Shown piece by piece: positions 40,361-49,391 of a stretch of 64,000 nucleotides of DNA. A program made the position numbers and the translations under genes. Source of the stretch: an uncultured bacterium (GTDB taxonomy: Bacteria > Hydrothermota > Hydrothermia > UBA1063). Location: assembly GCA_964654765.1 (NCBI GenBank), contig CAZZKY010000146.1:14694-78693 (forward strand), read 5' to 3'. The notes below the pieces were generated by a model that saw only the letters and a program-made list of their open reading frames with translations, was not told the DNA's origin and searched no databases. Numbering within the stretch: position 1 is the first letter of the stretch; each line of letters begins with the position of its first letter.

Positions 40361-41496
40361 AGAAGTGCTCTAATTATCGCAACCCCCTGAATTAGAAAAA
40401 CTGGTAATAAAACAGTTGAGTAAACATCTTTAAAGGAAATTTTGTAGTATTCTTTCGTAGTAATCAGGCAGAGATGGAAAGGTGAGATGAGCACACCGCT
40501 AATTGCGGAAATATACGCTAAATATGGGAATGCAGAATTTTGTATAAACAATATAGATAAGATGGGTGCAGTAGAGCCAATCCCTGCGGAAGTGATACCA
40601 GTTAGAAAAGCCATAGTCATTGGAAAAATGATTACCGGAACAATTTTGGGGACATTGTGCCTTTCTAAAAGGTTTGCAAAGCTGGTGAGGATATTGGTGT
40701 TTTCTACCACTCCTTTGAAAATCAAAACTACGAACACGATAAGGGTAATTTCTGAAAAAATTGAATTTTTAATGGTTGTAGTGATTTCTTTAATTTTCCC
40801 TTTCTCGAGGAGAAATAGTAATATCAAGACAGTGAGAAGGATGACTTTCAAATCAACTTTTAAAAGCGTTAATAGGATTATCAAGATAACAGGCCAGAGT
40901 GCTGAAAGTAGGTACTTAACTATCTCAAAGCTGTTGGCTTTTACTTTTTGACCGTTGCCATTCCCTTTTACCTTCGTGAATAGAAGGAATAGACCGATGA
41001 TAAAGGCAAAGCCAGTGTATGGGAGAGTAGAAATAATAAAATCTTTTACGGGTATATTGGCAAGTCCTGCTGCAATAATTAAGGCGCCGTAAAGGGGCCA
41101 AGAGAATTCACAAACGTGTCTAAACCAATAGTTGAAGAAAAATATCCATTTTTTTCGTGCATTTAACTCTTTTCCTGCTTTATTGCTCAGCTCCGCTGTT
41201 AACATTGCTCCAGCTGGCATTGGTAAGAGTCCAAAAATTAAAGGTGGGACAACCAATGAATATCTGATGTCTCCTGATAAGGATGAAATTAATTTTAAAA
41301 CTTTTAGATTGTAATTTTTTATTTTGAAGGTAGTGGTAATCGCCTGAACTAAAATGACGAGAATAAGAAGATTGAAAAAGGTATAGTTAAAAATCTTATG
41401 GAAATCCGAAATTTTGAAGTGGCCTAATATTAGAAATAGAATCGCTAATGCAAAAATGAAGAAGGTAGTGGAAAGAAGTCTGCTGTTTTTTAGCAT
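40357..41496 (-). CDS. Polytopic integral membrane protein of unknown function (about 10-12 TM helices, internal two-fold repeat; possible transporter)
   Basis: 379 aa and highly hydrophobic. Two halves each carry a Gly/Ala-rich re-entrant-like motif ('LPMPAGAMLTAELS' and 'LTGITSAGIGSTAPILS'). There is a 4-nt overlap with the ABC gene downstream, and it lies just downstream of marR. Confidence 0.45.
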   Translation of the reverse strand: MLKNSRLLSTTFFIFALAILFLILGHFKISDFHKIFNYTFFNLLILVILVQAITTTFKIKNYNLKVLKLISSLSGDIRYSLVVPPLIFGLLPMPAGAMLTAELSNKAGKELNARKKWIFFFNYWFRHVCEFSWPLYGALIIAAGLANIPVKDFIISTLPYTGFAFIIGLFLLFTKVKGNGNGQKVKANSFEIVKYLLSALWPVILIILLTLLKVDLKVILLTVLILLFLLEKGKIKEITTTIKNSIFSEITLIVFVVLIFKGVVENTNILTSFANLLERHNVPKIVPVIIFPMTMAFLTGITSAGIGSTAPILSILFIQNSAFPYLAYISAISGVLISPFHLCLITTKEYYKISFKDVYSTVLLPVFLIQGVAIIRALL

Positions 41497-41930
41497 CTTT
41501 TAGAGGATGAGTATTCCTGTAATTTATCCTTCATTTTATTAAGGAGTTCGAGAAATTTTTCCTTTTCTTCTTCTGTGAAGTCCAGCATTAACTTTCTTAA
41601 AAATTCAACTCTTTTATCAACAACCCTTTGGATCACTTCTTCACCCTGGGGGGTCAACACCACAATTTCGCTTCTTCTATCTGCTTCAACCTTTGCTCTC
41701 TTGACGAATCTCCTTTTTTCCAATCTTTCAACGATTCCCGAGATGGTGCTTTTTGCAAGGTATAGGTCTTTTGCTAAGTTAGTCTGGTTAAGAGGTCCGC
41801 AGAAATAAAGGTGTACCATTAGGTTGAACTGGGGAGGAGTGAGATTGATCTCCTTTAAGGCTGTTCTCCCTTCCTTCGTTACCTGGGAGTATACCTCCCT
41901 CATTACCCTTTCAACTTCTCTTTCTATCAT
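41490..41930 (-). CDS. MarR family transcriptional regulator
   Basis: 146 aa. The wHTH 'LTPPQFNLMVHLYFCGPLNQTNLAKDLYLAKSTISGIVERLEKRRFVKR' is the MarR signature. Confidence 0.8.
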   Translation of the reverse strand: MIEREVERVMREVYSQVTKEGRTALKEINLTPPQFNLMVHLYFCGPLNQTNLAKDLYLAKSTISGIVERLEKRRFVKRAKVEADRRSEIVVLTPQGEEVIQRVVDKRVEFLRKLMLDFTEEEKEKFLELLNKMKDKLQEYSSSKRC

Positions 41931-42068
41931 AAATAAACCTCCTGTTCGTATTGCTAACTATTTTATGTGAAAAATGGTGGTCAGTCAAAATTTGTTCATA
42001 TTCCAATGTTTTTTTCATGGATTTTTAACTTTCTATTTCGCGCCGTGAGTTTTATAATTTCAAACTAA
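41931..42068. promoter_or_regulatory. Divergent promoter region (marR/membrane/ABC operon leftwards; sdaA operon rightwards)
   Basis: A 138-nt AT-rich intergenic region with 'tataat' about 20 nt upstream of sdaA. Candidate MarR operator sites were not resolved. Confidence 0.3.
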
Positions 42069-43274
42069 ATGGAGTCTATTAAGCTCATATTTAAAATAGG
42101 TTATGGGCCTTCTTCATCCCACACAATGGGTCCTGTTGAAGCTCTCAGAGGGTTTTTGAAAAAGTTTCCTGAGGTGGTTTCTTTGAAGATTACACTTTTT
42201 GGAAGTCTTGCTGCCACAGGTAAAGGTCATCTTACTGAGGAGGCTTTGCGAAAGTCTTTTAATGGTAAATTGGAAATTTTGGAAAAACCTGATGAGTATT
42301 TCCCGCTACATCCCAACGCGTTAAAATTTGAGGGCTTTGATAGTTCAGGGAATCTTATCGCCGAAAAGGTTTTTTATAGCATTGGGGGAGGTGTAGTAAA
42401 GACGGAAGATGATTTTTTTAAAAAAGAAGATGTCTATCCGTTAAATACGATGGAGGAGATTCTGGATTGGTGTGACTCAGAGGGAAGAAGCTTGTGGGAG
42501 TTTGTTGAAATTTACGAGGGAAAAGAAATCTGGGGTTATTTAAAAGAAGTGTGGAAGGTAATGGAGGATTCAATAGCTCGGGGTTTGAATAATGAAGGTG
42601 TTCTTCCTGGGGAGTTACACCTTCCCAGAAAGGCATGGTCATACTATATTAAAGCGGTTAATTCTAAAAATATTACACACAATAAGGGTAAGGTCTTTTC
42701 TTATGCCCTTGCGGTGGCTGAGGAGAACGCTGCAGGAGGACTTATTGTGACAGCGCCTACCTGTGGCTCATGTGGAGTTGTCCCCGCTGTGCTTCACTTT
42801 TTAAAAGAAGAGTATAACCTTTCTGAAGATAAGATTCTGAGAGCCCTCGCTACCGCAGGTCTTATGGGGGCGCTTGTTAGAGAGAATGCTTCCATTTCCG
42901 GGGCAGAAGTAGGTTGTCAGGGAGAAATTGGAGTTGCCTGTGCTATGGCTGCTGCAGCAGCTACTCAAATTCTTGGAGGAACAATCTTTCAGGTTGAATA
43001 TGCCGCCGAAATGGGGATTGAGCACCACCTCGGACTAACCTGTGACCCAGTTCTTGGATACGTACAAATCCCCTGTATTGAAAGGAATGCAGTTGCAGCC
43101 GGCAGGGCTTTAGAGTGTGCAGTTTATGCCCTTCATTCCGACGGGAGACATATGATTTCTTTTGATTCAGTTCTTAAGACAATGATGGAAACGGGAAGGG
43201 ATCTCCCTTCGGCCTATAAAGAGACTGCAAAAGGGGGACTTGCCCTTCATTGGAGAGATAGAAAAAAGAGATGA
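42069..43274 (+). CDS. sdaA: L-serine dehydratase ([4Fe-4S]-dependent), single-chain short form
   Basis: 401 aa. The N-terminal 'IGYGPSSSHTMGP' matches the SdaA 'GPSSSHTxGP' motif, and the cluster cysteines sit in 'CGSCGVVPAV', 'GCQGEIGVACAMA' and 'CDPVLGYVQIPCIERNA'. Confidence 0.8.
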   Translation: MESIKLIFKIGYGPSSSHTMGPVEALRGFLKKFPEVVSLKITLFGSLAATGKGHLTEEALRKSFNGKLEILEKPDEYFPLHPNALKFEGFDSSGNLIAEKVFYSIGGGVVKTEDDFFKKEDVYPLNTMEEILDWCDSEGRSLWEFVEIYEGKEIWGYLKEVWKVMEDSIARGLNNEGVLPGELHLPRKAWSYYIKAVNSKNITHNKGKVFSYALAVAEENAAGGLIVTAPTCGSCGVVPAVLHFLKEEYNLSEDKILRALATAGLMGALVRENASISGAEVGCQGEIGVACAMAAAAATQILGGTIFQVEYAAEMGIEHHLGLTCDPVLGYVQIPCIERNAVAAGRALECAVYALHSDGRHMISFDSVLKTMMETGRDLPSAYKETAKGGLALHWRDRKKR

Positions 43275-44497
43275 CATTTCTCTTAAAAATTGTTGTTAGC
43301 TATTACATATTTATCCCAATGGATAATACACAATTTGACCACCTCAGGGCTTATGGGGTGGTCTATAACTCTTTAAGAGCTGGAGTGAAAGCAGAATGGA
43401 TTCTTAATTTTAGAGGCGGTTCTTTTCTCCTGGATGATACAAAGGTTGTGCGCGAACTCCTTTCCATTACAGGAGTATCCTATGAAGTGATTCCCGAAGA
43501 AAACGTGGTAGAACTTCAAGAACGTTCTAAAAGTGAAAATTTTGAGTTCGTTATTCTTGAAAATGCACCAAGGGTGGGTGTTTATGCACCTCCTTATTAT
43601 GAGCCGTGGGATGATCCAGTTATTATGGTTCTTGAATATGCCCAAATCCCTTTTGAACAGATATACGACGAAGAGGTCTTAAATGGGCGTCTTAAGGATT
43701 TTGACTGGGTACACTTGCACCATGAAGATTTTACAGGACAATTTGGCAAGTTTTATGCTTCTTATGGAAACACGGATTGGTACAAAAATCAGGTGGAATT
43801 TAAAAAGTCGCTTGCCATAAAGCTTGGGTTTAAAAACGTGGCTGAATTGAAAAGGACTATTGCTAAGACTTTTTATAACTATGTCAGTGAAGGTAAATAC
43901 TTATTTGCCATGTGCTCTGCCCCCATAACCTTAGATATTGCTCTCGCATCAGAAGGCGTTGATATTCTGGATATTCCTTTTGATGGAACACCCTTTGATC
44001 CTAATTGTAATTCTAAACTCGACTATTCAAAAACTGTTGCTTTCAGGGACTTTAAGCTTTTTCCACAATTTTATATATATGAACATTCAGATGTGGATAT
44101 GACTCAGGACGTAGTACAGTTGGGAGAGGAAAATGCATACTTCGTCCTGCACCAATTTTCGCCTAAGACCGACCTCATACCCTGTATTCTTACCCAGAAT
44201 CATAAAACGGTCATAAAAGATTTTCTGGGACAGGATACTGGCTTCAGAAGAAGTAAATTGAAAAAAAATACGGTGGTTCTTGGTGATGTCCCAGGAACTG
44301 AATATGTCAAGTATGTTTATGGTGAGCTGGGAAAGGGTTTTTTTGCCTTTCTTGGAGGCCATGACCCCGAAGATTTTCAGCATTTTGTGGGCGATCCACC
44401 TACGGATGTCGCAAAATATAAGAATTCCCCAGGGTACAGGCTGATTTTGAACAACATTTTTTTGCCTTCAGCCCAGAAGAAAAGGTTAAAAACTTAA
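43271..44497 (+). CDS. Hypothetical protein (408 aa), translationally coupled to sdaA; possible class-I glutamine-amidotransferase-like (ThuA/Glyco_hydro_42M-like) fold
   Basis: ATGA overlap with the sdaA stop. No signal peptide and no canonical family motifs were recognised. A weak nucleophile-elbow-like 'LFAMCSAPITLD' and 'FDWVHLHHEDFTG' suggest an amidotransferase-like fold. Confidence 0.4.
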   Translation: MTFLLKIVVSYYIFIPMDNTQFDHLRAYGVVYNSLRAGVKAEWILNFRGGSFLLDDTKVVRELLSITGVSYEVIPEENVVELQERSKSENFEFVILENAPRVGVYAPPYYEPWDDPVIMVLEYAQIPFEQIYDEEVLNGRLKDFDWVHLHHEDFTGQFGKFYASYGNTDWYKNQVEFKKSLAIKLGFKNVAELKRTIAKTFYNYVSEGKYLFAMCSAPITLDIALASEGVDILDIPFDGTPFDPNCNSKLDYSKTVAFRDFKLFPQFYIYEHSDVDMTQDVVQLGEENAYFVLHQFSPKTDLIPCILTQNHKTVIKDFLGQDTGFRRSKLKKNTVVLGDVPGTEYVKYVYGELGKGFFAFLGGHDPEDFQHFVGDPPTDVAKYKNSPGYRLILNNIFLPSAQKKRLKT

Positions 44498-45121
44498 TTA
44501 ATCCCAGATGAGGATTTGATTTTGGGGAACTATTTTCCTCAATTTTTTCGTTGGGTTTACTGCAAAAAAAATTCCCGAAGCTTCAAGAAAGTGAATGTCT
44601 TTATGGTGATCTGCGTAAGTGATCGAATTTTTAAGTTCAATTCCCTCCCTTCTTGCAATCTCTTTAAGAATGAATTCCTTATTTTTTCCAAAGGGAATTT
44701 TCCCCTTTATTTTTCCGGTGTATTTACCATTTCTTATTTCAAGAAATGATGCATAAAATCCCTCCAATTTTAAATAATCACTAACTACCTGAGCAATGAA
44801 ATCGGGTGCCCCAGTAATGAGAAAAAGTCTATAACCTTCCTTTCTTTTTTGTTCTATATGGTCTATTGCTTTCTGGGAGATGGCCTTGATGATTTTATTT
44901 TGGCTTGATTTAAGTACTTTATAAATGTGTTCCGCCTTCAACCCGTGATAGTAAGCCTTTGAATTTTTAAAATTTTTGTATTTGAAGAGTGATTCGAGAA
45001 ACCATATCACTACACCCGATGGTGAAATTTGAAGTTTCTTGAATAGAATTTTCAGGAATCTTACTTCTGAGGAAGGATTTGGTATCAGTGTCCCATCCAA
45101 GTCAAAGAAGCAGGCTTTGCT
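44498..45121 (-). CDS. HAD-superfamily phosphatase (subfamily IB, phosphoserine-phosphatase-like)
   Basis: The start is at 'MSKACFFDLDGTLI' (motif I, DxDGT). Motif II is 'ITGAP' and motif IV is 'YADHHKD'. The start codon shares one nucleotide with the stop of the upstream CDP-alcohol transferase gene. Confidence 0.75.
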   Translation of the reverse strand, partial: SKACFFDLDGTLIPNPSSEVRFLKILFKKLQISPSGVVIWFLESLFKYKNFKNSKAYYHGLKAEHIYKVLKSSQNKIIKAISQKAIDHIEQKRKEGYRLFLITGAPDFIAQVVSDYLKLEGFYASFLEIRNGKYTGKIKGKIPFGKNKEFILKEIARREGIELKNSITYADHHKDIHFLEASGIFFAVNPTKKLRKIVPQNQILIWD

Positions 45122-45717
45122 CATTTGTTTTTGAGATAAGGCCAAGCATCTAAGATTACAGGGAGTCCTCTTGCTATGCAAATAATAAGAGATATCCAGG
45201 CGAAGGCAAGGGCAACTCCATGAATGTTGAAAGACAGTTTTCCATGGATGGTTAGGAGGTCAATCCCAAGAAGAGTAAAAGCGATGGCCTTTGAGAGAGC
45301 GTAACCGGTTCTGAAATAGCCTGAGGTTACAATAAATCTGGCGATCTTGTTATTGTGCATCTCGTAAGGTTTTACACCTTTCTTGAAAGCCGAACTCCTT
45401 ATTGTATCTACTACAACATCCCTGGTTATTACAATTACTGGAAACCAAAAGGAGATCCGTCCCTTTACTGCGAAAAAGATCCAGAATATGAATTCAACAA
45501 TGCGGTCGCCCGTAATATCAAGTATGGCACCAATCTCCGATTCTGCATTGAGGGTTCTTGCAAGGAAGCCATCAAGGAAGTCTGTAAATATTATTATTAC
45601 GATTAAAATGCAGGCTGCAAAGGTAGTTCCATACCTACCAAGGTCAAGAAGATAGAGGGTTAAAAAGCTGAGTAGAATTCTCAGGATACTAATTATATTT
45701 GGTAGGTTCCTTCTCAT
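45121..45717 (-). CDS. CDP-alcohol phosphatidyltransferase family protein
   Basis: 198 aa. 'DFLDGFLARTLNAESEIGAILDITGDRIVE' matches the D-G-x2-A-R-x8-G-x3-D-x3-D signature. Confidence 0.8.
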   Translation of the reverse strand: MRRNLPNIISILRILLSFLTLYLLDLGRYGTTFAACILIVIIIFTDFLDGFLARTLNAESEIGAILDITGDRIVEFIFWIFFAVKGRISFWFPVIVITRDVVVDTIRSSAFKKGVKPYEMHNNKIARFIVTSGYFRTGYALSKAIAFTLLGIDLLTIHGKLSFNIHGVALAFAWISLIICIARGLPVILDAWPYLKNK

Positions 45718-48700
45718 TTTACCACTACTACTTTTTGGATTGTTTTAATGTTTTCGGCTTCTACTTTTATAAAGTATACTCCAGGGGTTGCGTTTTCAAA
45801 AGGAATTTGGATAATAGAGTAGTTTGTGTCTGCTTGGATTTCTGTTTTAGTAAACAGACTGCCATAAATATTGTAAATGGATACTATAAAGGGCCCAGAA
45901 ATTCCCGAATAGATTTTTAATTTGAGAGGTGATCCCACTTTAATAATGTTATTGATAACGAGCTTCTTAAGGTTTAAACTGTCTCTGACGACTGATGAGT
46001 CAATTATATAAGCGAAATATTCTCCTCCCTCGATATTTCCGTTCTGTGTTAAAGGCCTTGGCACTTGCCACTGCAAAGTGCCGCCGTCTTCTGTTGAGTA
46101 GGAACCCACAGCGATGTAAATAACATTTAAATTTCCATAAAGTGAGAGATCAATGACTCCTTCTAAATAACCAAGGTCGCTGAAATAGGAAGCGCATTTA
46201 AAATGGATTGTGTCTGTTATTAAGGTACCTGTTGAATCAAACCACCCTACAAAATCATTGTTGTCTTCATCAGCTAAGAAGAACTGATATCTTCCAACTT
46301 GTCCCAGCTTTGCCCATGGCGCATTTACCATGGTAGAAGGTTCAAAAGATATGAATATGAAATGATCGTTAAAAAAGTATCCTGACTGATTCGCTGAGGC
46401 ATTACCTGCGGATTCAGTAGCAACATAAAGCCTCTTTGTATTTCGATCGTAGTACCCGTAAAGATGCATATTTTCGTTTTGGGCTAATAGGACAGCAACT
46501 CTATCAACGACGCCGTCCATGACAAAATCTTGGAACCCGACGGTGTATGAATAATTCTGGCCATTATTATTGTCCCAGTTCTCATTTTGATAGGGTGAGT
46601 TGTCTTTCGCACGAATAGCAAAATATACCCTTGTACCGGTAGGTTGGGGAGGTAGGTAAACACCGTAAAGTGCAGAATCTGGTTCGTGATTTCCATTATA
46701 ATCCCGACTTTGGCCATCATCGGGAAACATTTGAATATCAGTGTAAGATTGCCAGTTGTTGTTTGTATATCTTACCCAAGCGCCCAATATCCCAGACGGA
46801 TCGAGAATATTACTGGTCACAAGTACACTATCCATTTCGAGTATATTATAATTCGGGCTAAAAGTTGTATTCCAGATTCTTGGACCTTCCCTGTCTCCAG
46901 GACCCGGGACATCTACGTCTGGATCATCTTTTCCAGCGTAAAAGTAAATTGTGTAAGTTCCATTTCTTCCTCCAACTTCTATAAGCTCTGCTCCCGAGGA
47001 CATTTTGCCAAGGAAATTAAAGGTTAATCCAGTCCCTGAAGGATAAAGGAATACGGCTTTAATAGAATCGTAAAGGCTTTCGTATCCACCATAGGTCCAG
47101 CCGTTTTCACTGATCCCGTAGAGAGGCCTCATATTGTATCTGCGAAGAAGCTGTTTATAGAGTGAAGGAGTTACACCAGCCTTTGTCCAGTTGGAGTAGG
47201 TAGAGGAGTAGGTTATTGATACATAATTTTTACCAGTGGTCAGTTTTATTGTTTTAGTCAAGTCGTTCTGAGGAGTTCCGTTCCATGCATAACGCTCTGT
47301 GAAAGTAATAACTGCGGTGTCACCGAAGTAAGACACATTCACGTCAAACCATGAATTTTCACCTTGCGAATCGTTAAAAAGACCAGGGTGTCCCCCATCG
47401 TTATAATCACCTTCACCGTTCCAGTTGCTCATAAGATTTCCCACCACACAAGAAGGATCGGAAGTAAATACTGCAAGGGCTCGACCTCCCCTCCGATCAA
47501 AAATTAAGCACAATTTATCATTGTAAATTGTGTATTCTTTAACTCCATCTGCATCCAAGTCAAGGCTGTCAATTTTTGGGATTTCTTGAAATCTGAGAGA
47601 GTCAAGCCAAATTGCACCGTAACCGAAAATTGCTCCGTATCTTGTGTGGTTCCACAAATTTTTCCCCCAGTAAACGAGTTCTCCGCCAGGGCCAGTATGC
47701 CAAGCGGTTTCATAAAGCATAGAAGACAATGTGAGCCACCCCAATTTTGAAAATTCGTTATCTGGAGTATTCATAAGGTAGTTGTATGCAAATTTCCACA
47801 GATCTTCATAATCACCGTTAATTCCATTTCCATTCAAGTCAGGTCCATTCTCGCATCCCCATCCTACCGCTGATTTGAAATTGTTGTACCAGTTGTCATA
47901 AGTACCACCAGTCCAATCGTGGAGTTCCTGGTAGGTTGCATAATCTATATTTATGATTGGTGGGTCGTTATAGGGATCACTGTCGTAAATTTTATCAACC
48001 CCCCACCATTTTACTGCCTCGGCAATGTGAATGGGTTGTATCCAGTTTTGCTCTTTTATGAACCTTATATTCCAGTCATAACTAGAAGCGGGTGCCCCTG
48101 GCTGACCGAAATCCCAGCCCGCAACCCCTGCTGCCTTTTCCCAGTCGTCGCCATAAATTACTATCTGTTCTTGATCCGGGTCGTTTGCAAGGGAAGATAG
48201 GAGTTGATGTAAAGGATTTGAAGGGTTAGATACGTCATTCCAGACCATCTGATCCCTGGCAACTTTTTGAATAAATACAACAAAGACATAATTGCCTTCA
48301 CTATCAAACATTCTATGAACTTTCCGTGAATTGTTGCAGATGCTACCATCAGGGTAAGTATGAGAATACCACTCGTGGACATTATCATCTAAAACAATAC
48401 AGGGTGCAAGGTATCTACCCTGCGAATCATATTTACCGTATTCTTCGTTTAAGACCTTAATTAAAGAGTAGGGCATAAGGAGTTGTGACTTGAAAACTCG
48501 TTCTGGAACCCATATTACATTCGGATATTCAGGCCATCCAACTCCTTTAATTGAATTCTGATATAATGTTTTTGCGTACCAGAGTGAAAACTTATTTATG
48601 TTTCTATCAACATAAGGCATAATATGTTCTGCATAAGTACCGCCGACGAGGTAAACCAAATCTCCTCGGAGCCTATTAAGTAAACCACGATCGTTTTGCA

Positions 48701-48929
48701 TCCACGTATAAGATTGAGTTAGTGTTCCTGAAATATGTATGTCAATAGGGCAGTTGTAATATTCATGGGTATCGAGGGTGCGGTGGAAAGAGTTACCATT
48801 GTATCCATAGTCCCCAGGTCTCAATGCATAGTAGCCGTTGTCTGAGAAATGCTGGTTTCCATGATGTAAAAAAGCGATTTTTGCAGTTCCACCTAAAAGT
48901 ATAAGTTTAATTATTATTGCAAATAGCAT
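45714..48929 (-). CDS. Large secreted protein (1071 aa) with GH57-like glycoside hydrolase motifs and a T9SS/Por C-terminal sorting domain
   Basis: Signal peptide 'MLFAIIIKLILLGGTAKIAF'. The candidate GH57 conserved regions are 'FLHHGNQHF' (CSR1-like), 'LVGGTYAEHIMPYV' (CSR2-like HPILP), 'VIWVPERVF' (CSR3 with the nucleophile Glu), 'YGDDWEKAAG' (CSR4-like) and 'AEAVKWWG' (CSR5-like). The C-terminal 'FIVSIYNIYGSLF...PGVYFIKVEAENIKTIQKVVVVK' is a T9SS CTD. Confidence 0.55.
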   Translation of the reverse strand: MLFAIIIKLILLGGTAKIAFLHHGNQHFSDNGYYALRPGDYGYNGNSFHRTLDTHEYYNCPIDIHISGTLTQSYTWMQNDRGLLNRLRGDLVYLVGGTYAEHIMPYVDRNINKFSLWYAKTLYQNSIKGVGWPEYPNVIWVPERVFKSQLLMPYSLIKVLNEEYGKYDSQGRYLAPCIVLDDNVHEWYSHTYPDGSICNNSRKVHRMFDSEGNYVFVVFIQKVARDQMVWNDVSNPSNPLHQLLSSLANDPDQEQIVIYGDDWEKAAGVAGWDFGQPGAPASSYDWNIRFIKEQNWIQPIHIAEAVKWWGVDKIYDSDPYNDPPIINIDYATYQELHDWTGGTYDNWYNNFKSAVGWGCENGPDLNGNGINGDYEDLWKFAYNYLMNTPDNEFSKLGWLTLSSMLYETAWHTGPGGELVYWGKNLWNHTRYGAIFGYGAIWLDSLRFQEIPKIDSLDLDADGVKEYTIYNDKLCLIFDRRGGRALAVFTSDPSCVVGNLMSNWNGEGDYNDGGHPGLFNDSQGENSWFDVNVSYFGDTAVITFTERYAWNGTPQNDLTKTIKLTTGKNYVSITYSSTYSNWTKAGVTPSLYKQLLRRYNMRPLYGISENGWTYGGYESLYDSIKAVFLYPSGTGLTFNFLGKMSSGAELIEVGGRNGTYTIYFYAGKDDPDVDVPGPGDREGPRIWNTTFSPNYNILEMDSVLVTSNILDPSGILGAWVRYTNNNWQSYTDIQMFPDDGQSRDYNGNHEPDSALYGVYLPPQPTGTRVYFAIRAKDNSPYQNENWDNNNGQNYSYTVGFQDFVMDGVVDRVAVLLAQNENMHLYGYYDRNTKRLYVATESAGNASANQSGYFFNDHFIFISFEPSTMVNAPWAKLGQVGRYQFFLADEDNNDFVGWFDSTGTLITDTIHFKCASYFSDLGYLEGVIDLSLYGNLNVIYIAVGSYSTEDGGTLQWQVPRPLTQNGNIEGGEYFAYIIDSSVVRDSLNLKKLVINNIIKVGSPLKLKIYSGISGPFIVSIYNIYGSLFTKTEIQADTNYSIIQIPFENATPGVYFIKVEAENIKTIQKVVVVK

Positions 48930-49081
48930 GGAGTTATTATGCTATACCCATTGTAGAAATTCAACCCTTACTGCTTTTTTGAAGTCGTGTGGTATAGGAT
49001 TTCCTTTTTGATCTTCTTTAAAGGAGCTTGCGCTTTTTGATTTTTTAGTTTTATGTTGTAAAATTTTAAACAGGAGGACCT
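48930..49081. promoter_or_regulatory. Promoter/leader region of the V-type ATPase operon
   Basis: A 152-nt intergenic region upstream of the first atp gene with an AGGAGG RBS at its 3' end. The exact -35/-10 positions were not confidently assigned. Confidence 0.3.
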
Positions 49082-49387
49082 ATGGAGGATATCATTAGGA
49101 AGATTAAAGAAGCTGAGAAGGAAGCTGAGAAATTGATTAAAAAGACTGAAGAAGAAGCAAATCTAATAATAAGCGAAGCTCAGAAACTCGCGTCCCAGAA
49201 AATTGAAGAAGCTTTAAACAGGCGGAAAGAGATTCTTCAAACTGTTGATGATGAAGCTCAAAAACTGGCGCAGGAGAAGGTTAAAGAATTAGAAAAAGCG
49301 TTTTCAGCTAAAATTGAGGAACTGAAAAGCAGGGCGGAGAAGAAAGAAAAAACAGCCTTTGAGTTTTTAATAAGTAAACTAATATAA
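49082..49387 (+). CDS. V/A-type ATPase small coiled-coil peripheral-stalk subunit (subunit G/H type)
   Basis: 101 aa, almost entirely a charged Glu/Lys/Ala-rich helix ('KEAEKEAEKLIKKTEEEANLIISEAQKLA'). It is the first gene of the atp operon. Confidence 0.6.
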   Translation: MEDIIRKIKEAEKEAEKLIKKTEEEANLIISEAQKLASQKIEEALNRRKEILQTVDDEAQKLAQEKVKELEKAFSAKIEELKSRAEKKEKTAFEFLISKLI

Positions 49388-49391
49388 ATTT

